Source: an uncultured Bacilli bacterium
Lineage (GTDB): Bacteria; Bacillota_I; Bacilli_A; RF39; UBA660
Length of the DNA stretch: 57,352 nt
NCBI GenBank assembly: GCA_944358815.1
Contig: CALVRX010000013.1
Span: 1-57,352, forward strand
Direction of reading: 5' to 3'
The stretch's first letter is position 1; every line of letters begins with the position of its first letter. The position numbers and the translations under genes were made by a program. Shown here piece after piece: positions 20,382-30,111 of the stretch. The notes beneath the pieces were generated by a model that saw nothing but the letters and a program-made list of their open reading frames with translations, made no database searches and was not told the origin of the DNA.

Positions 20382-20988
20382 TTGTAGCCCCTTTTCTCAA
20401 AAATCTTTTAGCCCACTGAACATACACAATCAAATAAGCAACCGATACTAAATATCCCGCAAGCACATCACTAGCATAATGTACTCCTAAATATATTCTA
20501 CTAATACCAATTAAAATTATCAAAAAACTAAGTAATACTGTAGTCAAAACTTTAAACTTTTTTTTACATTTCATATTCCAAATTAAATAAATAATAAAAC
20601 CATAAAATCCTAAAGAAGCCATCGCGTGTCCAGATGGAAAACTATAACCATCCTCTGTAATAATCATCAATTCAAATGGTCTTTCACGCATAAAAATTAA
20701 TTTTAAACCAACATTCAAAATGAAAATCAAAATAGCATTCGCAGAAACTAACATCCCAAATTTTTTGTTTTTAAAAAGTAGAAAAAACATTAAACAAACT
20801 AAAATAATCATCACTTCACTTGCAAAAAAAGTAATAAATTTATAAAAGAATGTTAACACATCATTTTTACTGATTGTAACAACATTATAAATAAATCTGT
20901 CAAAAAAAGTAGTTTTATCCATCATAACTAAATAAGCAATTATACCAAAACCTAATAAAGCAATTATAAAACAAATCCATTTACGCAT
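20374..20988 (-). CDS. PAP2-family phosphatase (undecaprenyl-PP phosphatase-like)
   Basis: KxxxxRERP, SFPSGHA, SRIYLGVHYASDV. Confidence 0.9.
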   Translation of the reverse strand: MRKWICFIIALLGFGIIAYLVMMDKTTFFDRFIYNVVTISKNDVLTFFYKFITFFASEVMIILVCLMFFLLFKNKKFGMLVSANAILIFILNVGLKLIFMRERPFELMIITEDGYSFPSGHAMASLGFYGFIIYLIWNMKCKKKFKVLTTVLLSFLIILIGISRIYLGVHYASDVLAGYLVSVAYLIVYVQWAKRFLRKGATND

Positions 20989-21031
20989 ATTAACACCCTC
21001 TAACTTTATTTTCAACATATAAAAATCGTCA

Positions 21032-21928
21032 TCAGACCTGACGATTTTCAATTTTTTCATTAACAGAACTTGGCGTTTTTTTAATATGATTACCAATTAT
21101 TTCAGAAACATCAAAAATAGTTACAAATGATGAATCATCCACTTCGTTTAAAATATCTTTTAAAATCGACACCTCAAATCTCGTAATAACTGTATATAAT
21201 ACCCTCTTATCACCATGTGAAATTATTCCTTCACCAGAAAGCACTGTAACCGTTCTACCTAATCTTTTTAAAATTTCCTTGGCAATTTCTCTGCCATCAT
21301 CAGTAATAATAAATGCTGCTTTCGCACTATTTAATCCATCAGAAACCATATCGATAACCTTATAAGATACAAAATATGTAAGCAATGAATAAAGAGCTCT
21401 CTCCGCACCAAAAACAAATATTGCTGCTCCATAAATAATTATATTAAAACCTAATACCACTTGCCCCACTGACACACTTCTTTTACGGTTAATCAAAATA
21501 GCAATTATTTCTGTACCATCTAAACAGCCACCTTCTTTAATAATAAGTCCGCATCCAATACCAAGTAAAATTCCTCCATAAACTGTGGCCAATAAAGTAT
21601 CTTCGATTAAAGGTGTATAATTTCCAAATACTTCAAGTAATATACTAAACAAAGCCATTCCATAACCAGCTTTTAACACAAATTTTTTACCTAATTGCTT
21701 ATATCCTAAAATTAAAAATGGTAAATTCAAAACAAAAATTATTAAACCAAGTGAACCACCAAATAAAGTATTCAAAATAATTGAAATACCATTAATACCA
21801 CCATCTATCATCAAATTAGGTATCAAAATAAGTTCTAAAGCACCGGCTGCCATAACAGCCCCTAAAGTAATCAAAATCATAGCTACCCAAAATTCTAAAT
21901 TCCATATTGTTTCACTTTTCTTAGCCAT
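21032..21928 (-). CDS. YitT family membrane protein
   Basis: IDGGINGISI, NLPFLILG, GGCLDGTEI, C-terminal DUF2179-like domain. Confidence 0.88.
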   Translation of the reverse strand: MAKKSETIWNLEFWVAMILITLGAVMAAGALELILIPNLMIDGGINGISIILNTLFGGSLGLIIFVLNLPFLILGYKQLGKKFVLKAGYGMALFSILLEVFGNYTPLIEDTLLATVYGGILLGIGCGLIIKEGGCLDGTEIIAILINRKRSVSVGQVVLGFNIIIYGAAIFVFGAERALYSLLTYFVSYKVIDMVSDGLNSAKAAFIITDDGREIAKEILKRLGRTVTVLSGEGIISHGDKRVLYTVITRFEVSILKDILNEVDDSSFVTIFDVSEIIGNHIKKTPSSVNEKIENRQV

Positions 21929-22013
21929 AAACGCCTCCCTACTATCCATTATATAAAAAACATCAATATATTTAAAGTAATTTCTCCAAAATATTAAATA
22001 CTTTACTATAATT

Positions 22014-23430
22014 TTATTTGACTAATTTTTTTACCTTTAAACTTTCACAATCATCTTTACTCAAATCATCCATATAAATATCATCATTAATTGCCAATAT
22101 TGCCTGTTTTAATCTTTTGACATTAGCTCCATTTATATTATCTGCAAATTTATAAATGTAATAAGCATTACCACTTGCTATAATTCCATCCTCTAACATT
22201 TTAATATCGACCATACATTGTTTAAAGTATCCTCTTTTATAAGCAAAATAAAAAGCTAAAGCATACATATATTTTGGATCACCACTCTCGGCAATTACCC
22301 TTTCTAAACGCTTAATATCCGCACCATTAACAAAACAAGCAAAATAATAAATATATTTTAAATCACCAGTCATAATAATAGCATCTTCTAATTTTAAAAT
22401 ATCACATTTATCTACATCACAAGTAAACTGATAAATATATTCTGCATTTTTGCTTGCAATAATAACATCTTCCAATTTTAAAATATCCGCACCCTTTATA
22501 TCTCTAGCAAACAAATAAATATACTCCAAATTATTAATAGCAATTATTGCCTCTTCTAACCTCTGAATATTTTCCCCATACACATATACTCTTTTGGCAA
22601 ACTGATAAATATATTCGCATCACCATTCGTAATAATCACTTTTTCTAATTTATTTAAAATTAAAGGACTACGAAAATCCTCCATCAAAACCAAAACATCA
22701 TTTGCCTTTAAATATGGCAGCATTTTATCTATCATTTTTTCATTATTCACTTTGCCGAATAACACACTTTTCCAAAATTAAAAAACCTATAATTAGGAAA
22801 ATTCTTCTTCAAAAACATGTCCGCCATAGTCTTTTCTTTATCAATCCCATTTATTGATAATAAATAATATAACTCACAATCACTTTTAACTATTCTACTA
22901 ATATTATCCTTTAATTTATCTATATTAACGCCTTTTATTTTAGAAAAAAAATTATAAAGTAATAACCCGTCAAACTCAGAATACTCATCTATACAACAAT
23001 GAATAAGACCATCTTCTAATTTGGAAACATTTGCCCCTGTTACATCATAAGCAAAATCATAAATAGCATCCTTGTCTTTATTTGCAATAATCGCATCCTC
23101 AAGTAAACTAAGATTTACGCCATGAACATTTTTAGCAAATGCCCTAATATATTTACTACTCTTAGTTGTTACAAGCAAATTTTCTAAATAATGAATATTA
23201 GCTCCTTTCACATTTTTAGCAAACCAATAAATATATTTAGCATTTAATCTTTTTTCAAAAATCTTCTCCAGTTTAGCTATATTAGCGCCCTTCACATCCT
23301 TCGCAAAAAGATAAATATACTTTAAATCATTTGCTTCGATAATCTCATCAGTTAATTTATCTATATCTAATTTATAGTTTTTTAAAGCTAGTTCATATAT
23401 ATCTTTTGCTACTCTTCCATATTTCTTCAT
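22014..23430 (-). pseudogene. Tandem helical-repeat protein split into three ORFs by frameshifts
   Basis: About 26-aa repeats YIYxFAxxVxGA(N/D)IxxLExxII occur in 22747..23430 and 22014..22583. At about 22617 a frame switch joins ...NGDA to EYIYQFAKRVYVYGENIQRLEE; a second probable switch lies at about 22765. Confidence 0.65.
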
Positions 23431-23523
23431 AAACTCACCTTAACATTCCAATTTATTATTATAATATATTTACTTATAAATATCAAAATATATCCAAAAA
23501 AATCTTTCTAAAAAATAGAAAGA

Positions 23524-24591
23524 TTATAACTTCTCTAAAATCAATTTTTGATTATTTAAAACCCGGGTATCTTGATTTATTGAAAGTGCCTTATTTACAA
23601 ACTCTAAAGCCTTTTCATATTCTCCTAAATAATAATAACAAATAGACAAAAAATCATAAATACTAAAATCTGTACTAAACCATTCAGTAATATAACTCTT
23701 GTATCCCTTCTTTATACCTAAAGCCTTTAAAAAAAGTGGTATAGCCTGCGAATATTCCCCATTGTCATAATAAAATAAAGCCAGCTCTGTATAAGGTTCT
23801 CTTAAATGCGGTGCTTCATCAATCGCTTTTTTATACCACATTTCCGCCTCTAACGGTCTATTCAAATTCTTATAACACCGTCCAATAAATCTCATAGAAG
23901 CACATCTTTCATCCTTCCACACAGCCTTCTTTAAATTCAAATGTCTAATTAAAGTATCAATAGCCTCATTCCATTTCCCATAATACATGTACTCTCTGCC
24001 CAAATAATGAGTATTTCGATCATCAAGAGGATCCTCTTTCACTGAAAGTTCTAAAAGTGGTAAATAACTACTCCTCGATTTTTCCCTATCTGGATAATGA
24101 TTAAGTACAATCGACTCATCTAAAACTCTCTTTTCAGCACCATCATAACTCAAAACCTCATGTACTGGATGTGTCCATTTATAACCATTTCTCGCATGAA
24201 TCTTATCACTATCAAAACTAACTAAAGGATTACCCTTTTCATCCAAACTCCAATTATAACTATAACTAACCCTCGTAACACCATCTTTCCAATCATTTTC
24301 TAACTTACTTCTCCATCCTTTTTCAAATACCTCATCTAAATCAGTACACACACATATATCTGCATCTAAATCAACCATCGCCAAAGACTTATTTCTTGCC
24401 TCATCAAATCTCCATGGTTTAATAATTTCTTTTTTAACTATAACTCCTAATTTTTTTAATGCTTCAAAACTACCATCTTGAGATCCAGTATCTAATACAA
24501 ATATTTTATCTGCTTCTTTCATTGAATCATACCACCTTTGAACAAATTTTTCTTCATTCTTACATATCGCATACACACATATTTTCATCAT
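23524..24591 (-). CDS. GT2 glycosyltransferase with TPR repeats
   Basis: VYAICKNE, DTGSQD, WRFDEARN, TDLDE, HPVHE; C-terminal TPRs. Confidence 0.85.
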   Translation of the reverse strand: MMKICVYAICKNEEKFVQRWYDSMKEADKIFVLDTGSQDGSFEALKKLGVIVKKEIIKPWRFDEARNKSLAMVDLDADICVCTDLDEVFEKGWRSKLENDWKDGVTRVSYSYNWSLDEKGNPLVSFDSDKIHARNGYKWTHPVHEVLSYDGAEKRVLDESIVLNHYPDREKSRSSYLPLLELSVKEDPLDDRNTHYLGREYMYYGKWNEAIDTLIRHLNLKKAVWKDERCASMRFIGRCYKNLNRPLEAEMWYKKAIDEAPHLREPYTELALFYYDNGEYSQAIPLFLKALGIKKGYKSYITEWFSTDFSIYDFLSICYYYLGEYEKALEFVNKALSINQDTRVLNNQKLILEKL

Positions 24592-24644
24592 ATCCCTCCA
24601 TAATAAGATATGATATTATTTAAAATATAATTATTAATAACACC

Positions 24645-25334
24645 TTATTTTTTATCTAATAATTTTAATTTACGAATTACCTTTTTTTCTATTCTTGAAA
24701 TATACGACTGACTTATTCCAAGTAACCCCGCTACATCTTTTTGTGTCATCTCCTCACCATTATAAAGTCCATATCTCAAAACCATAATTTTTTTATCTCT
24801 TTCATTTAACTTTTCTATTTCCTCATAAAGCATCTTGCGGTTAGTCTCTTCCTCTAATCCCCTAGTTACAATATCACTATCCGTACCAAGTACATCTTCT
24901 AAATGTAATTCATTTCCTTCCGAATCAAAACTTAAATTATCCTCAAAACTAATCTCCCCTCGTCTTCTTTTATTTTTTCGTAAAAACATAAGTATTTCAT
25001 TATCAATACATCTAGAAGCATAAGTAGCTAGTTTTATATTTTTATCAAGTTTATAAGTATTAACCCCCTTAATTAAACCCACACTCCCAATACTAACCAA
25101 ATCTTCTAAATCAACTCCTGTATTCTCATATTTTTTTGCTAAAAAAACTACTAAACGTAAATTGTGTTCAATCAGTTTACTCCTTGCTTTTTTATCGCCA
25201 TTCATCGAAAGTGTCACATATTTAACTTCATCTTCTTTACTAAGTGGTGCTGGAAGTTTATCCGCACTACCAATAAAAAATATCCCATCCTTCTCAAAAA
25301 ATCTTTTAATTAAATAAATAATTTTTCTTATCAT
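24645..25334 (-). CDS. sigE: Mother-cell pro-sigma E
   Basis: Pro-sequence followed by FFIGSADKLPAPL; LIEHNLRLVV, KLATYASRCIDNEILM, GISQSYISRIEK; coupled to spoIIGA. Confidence 0.95.
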   Translation of the reverse strand: MIRKIIYLIKRFFEKDGIFFIGSADKLPAPLSKEDEVKYVTLSMNGDKKARSKLIEHNLRLVVFLAKKYENTGVDLEDLVSIGSVGLIKGVNTYKLDKNIKLATYASRCIDNEILMFLRKNKRRRGEISFEDNLSFDSEGNELHLEDVLGTDSDIVTRGLEEETNRKMLYEEIEKLNERDKKIMVLRYGLYNGEEMTQKDVAGLLGISQSYISRIEKKVIRKLKLLDKK

Positions 25335-26104
25335 TGTTTTTCTCCTCTCATCAGTCCATTTAATAATACATCTGCTCCAGCTAAATTAAAATCCTTGCTA
25401 AAACCTAAATAAACATTTTCAAATACCCCAAGTCCAATCACCTCCACTTTTTTCACCTTTATACACTCTAAAAGTCCACTACCTCCTATAACAATATATG
25501 GAATGTATATTTTTTTATTTCTAAAACTATTATCAATATTTGTTAAAATAACCAATCTATTTTTATAGCTTAAAGTATTGCCTGTATCTAAATAACCATT
25601 TAAATTTAAAACTTTATGCCCTATATAAATATTCGTTTTAAAAAAACAAGCTACCTTCTTTTTAAACATCTTTACCTGTTTAATATAAAAATATAAAATA
25701 ACTGGTGAAATAATTACTAAAAATAAAGCATTCACACTAATACCATTATTAAAAAAAACTAACCCCTCATTTTTATAAGAAAAAGTAATATTTAAAAAAT
25801 ATAAAAAACCACCTAGTAAAATACTTACCACATAAAAAAAACCAATATTCGTCAAAAACATCTTCAAATTATGATACCCAAAACAAATAATGCACATCAA
25901 AAAGCTCAAATATATTTTAATAAAAAATAAATCTAATGACGATAGCTTAAAAAATAAAATTAAAATAGTCAAACTACCAACGAAAGCCCCCAAAATAATC
26001 CTAAATAACTTCACATTTCTTCTTAAAACCACCACTACAGTTAATAAAAGCAAAAAATCTAAATAAAAATTTAAAAATAAAAGTCCATCGATATATACTG
26101 TCAT
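25331..26104 (-). CDS. spoIIGA: Pro-sigma E processing aspartic protease
   Basis: MTVYIDGLLFLNF start, five TMs, YLDTGN catalytic motif, directly upstream of sigE. Confidence 0.92.
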   Translation of the reverse strand: MTVYIDGLLFLNFYLDFLLLLTVVVVLRRNVKLFRIILGAFVGSLTILILFFKLSSLDLFFIKIYLSFLMCIICFGYHNLKMFLTNIGFFYVVSILLGGFLYFLNITFSYKNEGLVFFNNGISVNALFLVIISPVILYFYIKQVKMFKKKVACFFKTNIYIGHKVLNLNGYLDTGNTLSYKNRLVILTNIDNSFRNKKIYIPYIVIGGSGLLECIKVKKVEVIGLGVFENVYLGFSKDFNLAGADVLLNGLMRGEKQ

Positions 26105-26119
26105 ATCACCACCAAAAAC

Positions 26120-26152
26120 AGTATAAAAAAAATAACTTAAATATAATGTCAT
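26120..26152 (-). promoter_or_regulatory. spoIIG-type promoter with over-long spacer (Spo0A-dependent sigma-A type)
   Basis: ATGACA-21 bp-TATACT on the minus strand; B. subtilis spoIIG and spoIIE promoters have similarly long spacers. Confidence 0.45.
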
Positions 26153-26155
26153 TTT

Positions 26156-26299
26156 TTATTTTAAATCTTTTATTTCTTCTATAGTCAATCCAGTTACTTT
26201 TGAAATATCTGCAAAAAACATTTCCATATTAAGTAAATTTCTTGCAATCTGAATCATTGTCGTCTGAACCACTATTAACATGCGTTTTTTTACTTTCAT
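26156..26299 (-). CDS. Stand-alone Rpn/YhgA-like C-terminal peptide (47 aa, not in ORF track)
   Basis: MKVKKRMLIVVQTTMIQIARNLLNMEMFFADISKVTGLTIEEIKDLK* matches the IAxNLLxxxxxxxxIxxxTGLxxEEI tail of Rpn-family nucleases; AAGGA RBS. Confidence 0.6.
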   Translation of the reverse strand: MKVKKRMLIVVQTTMIQIARNLLNMEMFFADISKVTGLTIEEIKDLK

Positions 26300-26334
26300 T
26301 TTCCTTTTGAAAAAAAGTCCAAAAATTTGAACTT

Positions 26335-28020
26335 TTATATATACTTTTTAATTTCGTCTATTATTTTATCACTAGATACTTCAGTATCAATTTTACCATC
26401 ACGAGACTTAAATTCTAATATACCATCAGAAGATTTCTTACCAACTGTAATTCTATAAGGAATACCAATTAAATCCATATCCTTAAACTTAACACCAGCT
26501 CTCTCATCACGGTCATCAAGCAAAACATCAATACCTTCTTTATTTAAATTTTCATATAACTTTAAAGCCACACTACTTTGTTTTTCATCATTCATATTAA
26601 TTACAGTAATACCTACACTAAATGGTGCAATTTCCTTAGACCAAACTAAGCCATGTTCATCAGCTTTTTGTTCAGCAATAGCCGCCATACATCTAGCTAC
26701 TCCAATACCATAACATCCCATATACACTGGCTTTAAATTATTCTCTTCATCTAAATAATTTAAATCTAAAGCCTCAGAATATTTTGTTCCAAGTTTAAAT
26801 GTGTTTCCAATTTCAATACCCTTTTTAAAATATATCCTACCACCGCAATGAGGGCAAGTATCTCCTTCACGAACATTAACAATATCACCTTGTCTATAAA
26901 CTTGAAAATCGCTTAAATTAACATTTATATAATGATAACCTGTTTTATTAGCTCCGCATACAAAATTACTCATATTAGCTACTTCATTATCAATTACAAT
27001 TTTCACATCAACACCTACTGGACCTAATGATCCAAATGAAGCATCAGTAACTTTCTTTAAATCTTCTTCAGTAGCAAGCACTACATCATTACCTTTAAGT
27101 AACTTACGTAACTTAGTTTCATTTAACTCTCTATCACCTTTTACTAAAGCAAATATAATCTCCCCATCAACACTATAAACTAAAGTTTTTACTGTCTTAC
27201 TAATATCCGCTTTTAATAAGCCAACTATATCTTCAATAGTTTTAGCACCAGGTGTTTCTACAAGCTCCATTTCTTTTTTATCTTCTTTTTCAAATTCTTC
27301 TGCCTGAACAGGTGCTACTTCAATATTAGAACCAAATGAACAACTATCACACATTACTAAAATATCTTCGCCAATATCTGTAACCGCTTGAAACTCTTCG
27401 GATAAATCTCCTCCCATAACACCAGTATCAGCTTTCACAATCCTATAATCAATTTCCATTCTGTAAAAAGCATTCTTATAAGCTGTTACCATCTTCTGAT
27501 ATGAAACCTCACCAGTATTACTATCAGTATCAAAACTATAAGCATCCTTCATTGTAAACTCTCTAGTCCTAATTAAACCAAATCGTGGTCTTGCTTCATC
27601 TCTAAATTTATCTTGAATCTGATAAATATTAAAAGGCATATCTCTATAAGATTTTATCTTTTCCTTAGCTGCCATAACGAATAATTCCTCATGTGTTGGT
27701 CCTAAACAAAACTCCCTATCATTTCTATCTTTTAACTTAAACATATCAGGTCCAAAAGAATCATATCGATGTGACTTATGAAAAATATCGCTTGGTATTA
27801 ATGCCGGCATCAAAACCTCATTAGCTCCTGCCTTATCCATTTCATCCCTAATAATATTTTCAATTTTTCGTTTCACTCTAAGACCCATTGGCATAAACAT
27901 ATATACTCCACTAGCCTCTTTCTTTACCATACCACTTCTCACAAGTAAATTACCACTTTTACTGTCTTCATCTTTAATATCATCTCTAATTGTGTAAAAA
28001 AAACTGTTACTTAATTTCAT
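26335..28020 (-). CDS. proS: Proline-tRNA ligase
   Basis: LGPTHEE, FRDEARPRFGL, editing INS domain, GCYGIG, anticodon-binding domain; GGAGG RBS before ATG at 28020. Confidence 0.97.
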   Translation of the reverse strand: MKLSNSFFYTIRDDIKDEDSKSGNLLVRSGMVKKEASGVYMFMPMGLRVKRKIENIIRDEMDKAGANEVLMPALIPSDIFHKSHRYDSFGPDMFKLKDRNDREFCLGPTHEELFVMAAKEKIKSYRDMPFNIYQIQDKFRDEARPRFGLIRTREFTMKDAYSFDTDSNTGEVSYQKMVTAYKNAFYRMEIDYRIVKADTGVMGGDLSEEFQAVTDIGEDILVMCDSCSFGSNIEVAPVQAEEFEKEDKKEMELVETPGAKTIEDIVGLLKADISKTVKTLVYSVDGEIIFALVKGDRELNETKLRKLLKGNDVVLATEEDLKKVTDASFGSLGPVGVDVKIVIDNEVANMSNFVCGANKTGYHYINVNLSDFQVYRQGDIVNVREGDTCPHCGGRIYFKKGIEIGNTFKLGTKYSEALDLNYLDEENNLKPVYMGCYGIGVARCMAAIAEQKADEHGLVWSKEIAPFSVGITVINMNDEKQSSVALKLYENLNKEGIDVLLDDRDERAGVKFKDMDLIGIPYRITVGKKSSDGILEFKSRDGKIDTEVSSDKIIDEIKKYI

Positions 28021-28037
28021 TAAAATCCCTCCTAAAT

Positions 28038-28230
28038 ATAAAAAAAGGATATACCATAGGAGTGCTAAAAGCACGGTACCATCCTTTTATTAACTTAATT
28101 AATATAACGGTCTTACCCGGAAATGTTTGCATTTCACTTAGAAAGTAGGAATTAAATACTATCATAACTTGCTCTCACCAACCAAGCTCGCTTTATATGA
28201 GGAAATATTTAATATTCTTTCTTCAACGAT
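28038..28230 (-). promoter_or_regulatory. T-box riboswitch with Pro specifier
   Basis: Minus strand: GGTTGGTGAGAG stem-I loop, CCT specifier at 28147-28149, T-box AAGGATGGTACCGTG at about 28072-28086, then hairpin and T-run. Confidence 0.85.
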
Positions 28231-28276
28231 TTATAAATAAATATTACCATATTACTAAACAATTGTCAAAAATAAA

Positions 28277-28501
28277 TTAAATTTTTGTATTCATCATCTG
28301 CATATAAATCTCCTTTAACCTCTCTTTTTTTAAATGATTCATTTCGATAAAATTTATATGCAATTGGTATCCACTGTCAAAACTAAACAATAGCTCTACT
28401 TTACCATGTTTAAAATTAATTGCGCTGCTAGAAATAGAGTGGTAAGGAAAAATATGTATTTTTTTATAAGTAAATCTTAAAGCATCACGATCAAAAATGT
28501 C
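28277..28501 (-). pseudogene. Truncated remnant resembling a bacterial PH-domain protein
   Basis: Start-less open frame FDRDALRFTYKKIHIFPYHSISSSAINF...ELLFSFDSGYQLHINF...TKI*, preceded by an in-frame stop. Confidence 0.4.
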
Positions 28502-28592
28502 TTATCCTTCTTCCTATTAGCTAGCATAACAGTTAAAATATAACATAATTCAAAAACAAAAGCAATACTTAAATATATGGAAAAAAATGGCT

Positions 28593-29669
28593 TTAAAAGC
28601 CACTTTTTCTTTGTAATTTATACCTTCTTTTTTTATTCATTTTCATAATATCTTTTTTAAAATATTTAAATGTCGCAATAATTATAATAGCTGCCGGCAA
28701 AGCAATCACAATACCTAAAACCCCGAATAACGCTCCTCCTGCAAATACTGAAACAATTACCACTAAAGGATGTACTTGATTACTATTACCATATACGAAT
28801 GGATTAATAACATAACCATCTACCGCTGAAAATACCAAAAAGACAATACAAGTCTTAATAAATAAAGCTGGACTAATCACAAACGCTGTAATTGCAGCCA
28901 CAATATTGGTAAAAATACCACCAAAATAAGGAATTAAATTACCAAGAGCCGCTAAAGTTCCAAGCATTAGTGCATTAGGATGACCTATTAACGTATAAAT
29001 TATCGTATACTCAAAAAACGAAATAATAACAATCTTCATAAATCCTACAATATACTTTCGCATCTCATCATCTATAACAGCCACATAATTATAAATTTTC
29101 ATTGACTTCTCACGCAAATACTCTTTGATAAACTTTCTAATCTTATCCATATCTGCTAAAAAATAAATAAATGATGCTAATATAATAAATATCTTTGAAA
29201 TATAATCAATCGAAACTCCAATAAAACTCAAAGCTCCATTTGAAATATAAGTTCCAACTTTTTCCAGCATATCATTAAAACTCATAGATAACGTATTTTG
29301 TACATCCTTAAAATCAATATTATAATCCGATGACAATTCTTTCAAAAACGAAATAATTCCGTTAAACAAACTAGTCAGTTGTCCCATAATAGTTGGTGTA
29401 ACCAAAGCAATAACTATTGCAAATATACCTAAAATTCCGCCTACAACTAATAACATTGCTAATCCCTTAGGAAGTCCCTTATCAGTCAATTTTTTAACCA
29501 CTGGATAAAAAGCATAAGCAATAACAAAAGCAATCAAAAATGGTAATAAAATACCAAACACCAGTTTAAATGCTCCTATCCAAAAATCACTAGTTTGATA
29601 AATCAAATAAACTGCCAGTACTATTAACACAAAATTAATCAATTTAAAATCTATCCTATTTTTTATCAC
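28593..29669 (-). CDS. AI-2E family transporter
   Basis: PFLIAFVIAY, NLIPYFG, VHPLVVIVSVFAGG. Confidence 0.9.
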   Translation of the reverse strand: MIKNRIDFKLINFVLIVLAVYLIYQTSDFWIGAFKLVFGILLPFLIAFVIAYAFYPVVKKLTDKGLPKGLAMLLVVGGILGIFAIVIALVTPTIMGQLTSLFNGIISFLKELSSDYNIDFKDVQNTLSMSFNDMLEKVGTYISNGALSFIGVSIDYISKIFIILASFIYFLADMDKIRKFIKEYLREKSMKIYNYVAVIDDEMRKYIVGFMKIVIISFFEYTIIYTLIGHPNALMLGTLAALGNLIPYFGGIFTNIVAAITAFVISPALFIKTCIVFLVFSAVDGYVINPFVYGNSNQVHPLVVIVSVFAGGALFGVLGIVIALPAAIIIIATFKYFKKDIMKMNKKRRYKLQRKSGF

Positions 29670-30111
29670 TTATGCCACCCTTTTCTAACAAAATAGTAAT
29701 TGGTCCATCATTTTGAATATTCACCATCATTTCGGCACCGAATATTCCCTCTTCTACTTTTATAAACTTCTTAAGTTTCTCATTAAATATTTTATATAAA
29801 TCCGCCGCTTTTATACTATCTAGTGCCTTCACATAACTAGGACGATTACCCTTCTTACTATCTGCATACAGTGTAAATTGTGAAACACTAAGTATCGCTC
29901 CGCCAGCTTCTAAAATAGATTTATTCATAACTCCATTTTCATCATCAAAAATTCTCAAATGTAAAACCTTATTGATTAAATAACCTATCTCTTTTTCCGT
30001 ATCTCCATAAGTAAAACCTACCAATAATACCATTCCCTTATCAATCTGACCAACCACTTTACCATCCACTGAAACACTAGATTTTAAACTTCTTTGTACT
30101 AAAATTCTCAT
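29656..30111 (-). CDS. dtd: D-aminoacyl-tRNA deacylase
   Basis: LRIF, SQFTL, GNRPS, FGAEM, NDGPIT. Confidence 0.95.
   Translation of the reverse strand: MRILVQRSLKSSVSVDGKVVGQIDKGMVLLVGFTYGDTEKEIGYLINKVLHLRIFDDENGVMNKSILEAGGAILSVSQFTLYADSKKGNRPSYVKALDSIKAADLYKIFNEKLKKFIKVEEGIFGAEMMVNIQNDGPITILLEKGGISDKK

Noticed and set aside
28021-28074. N-terminal extension of ProS given in the ORF track (MLLALLWY...)
   Set aside because: It overlaps the T-box terminator region; the real start is the ATG at 28020 after GGAGG.
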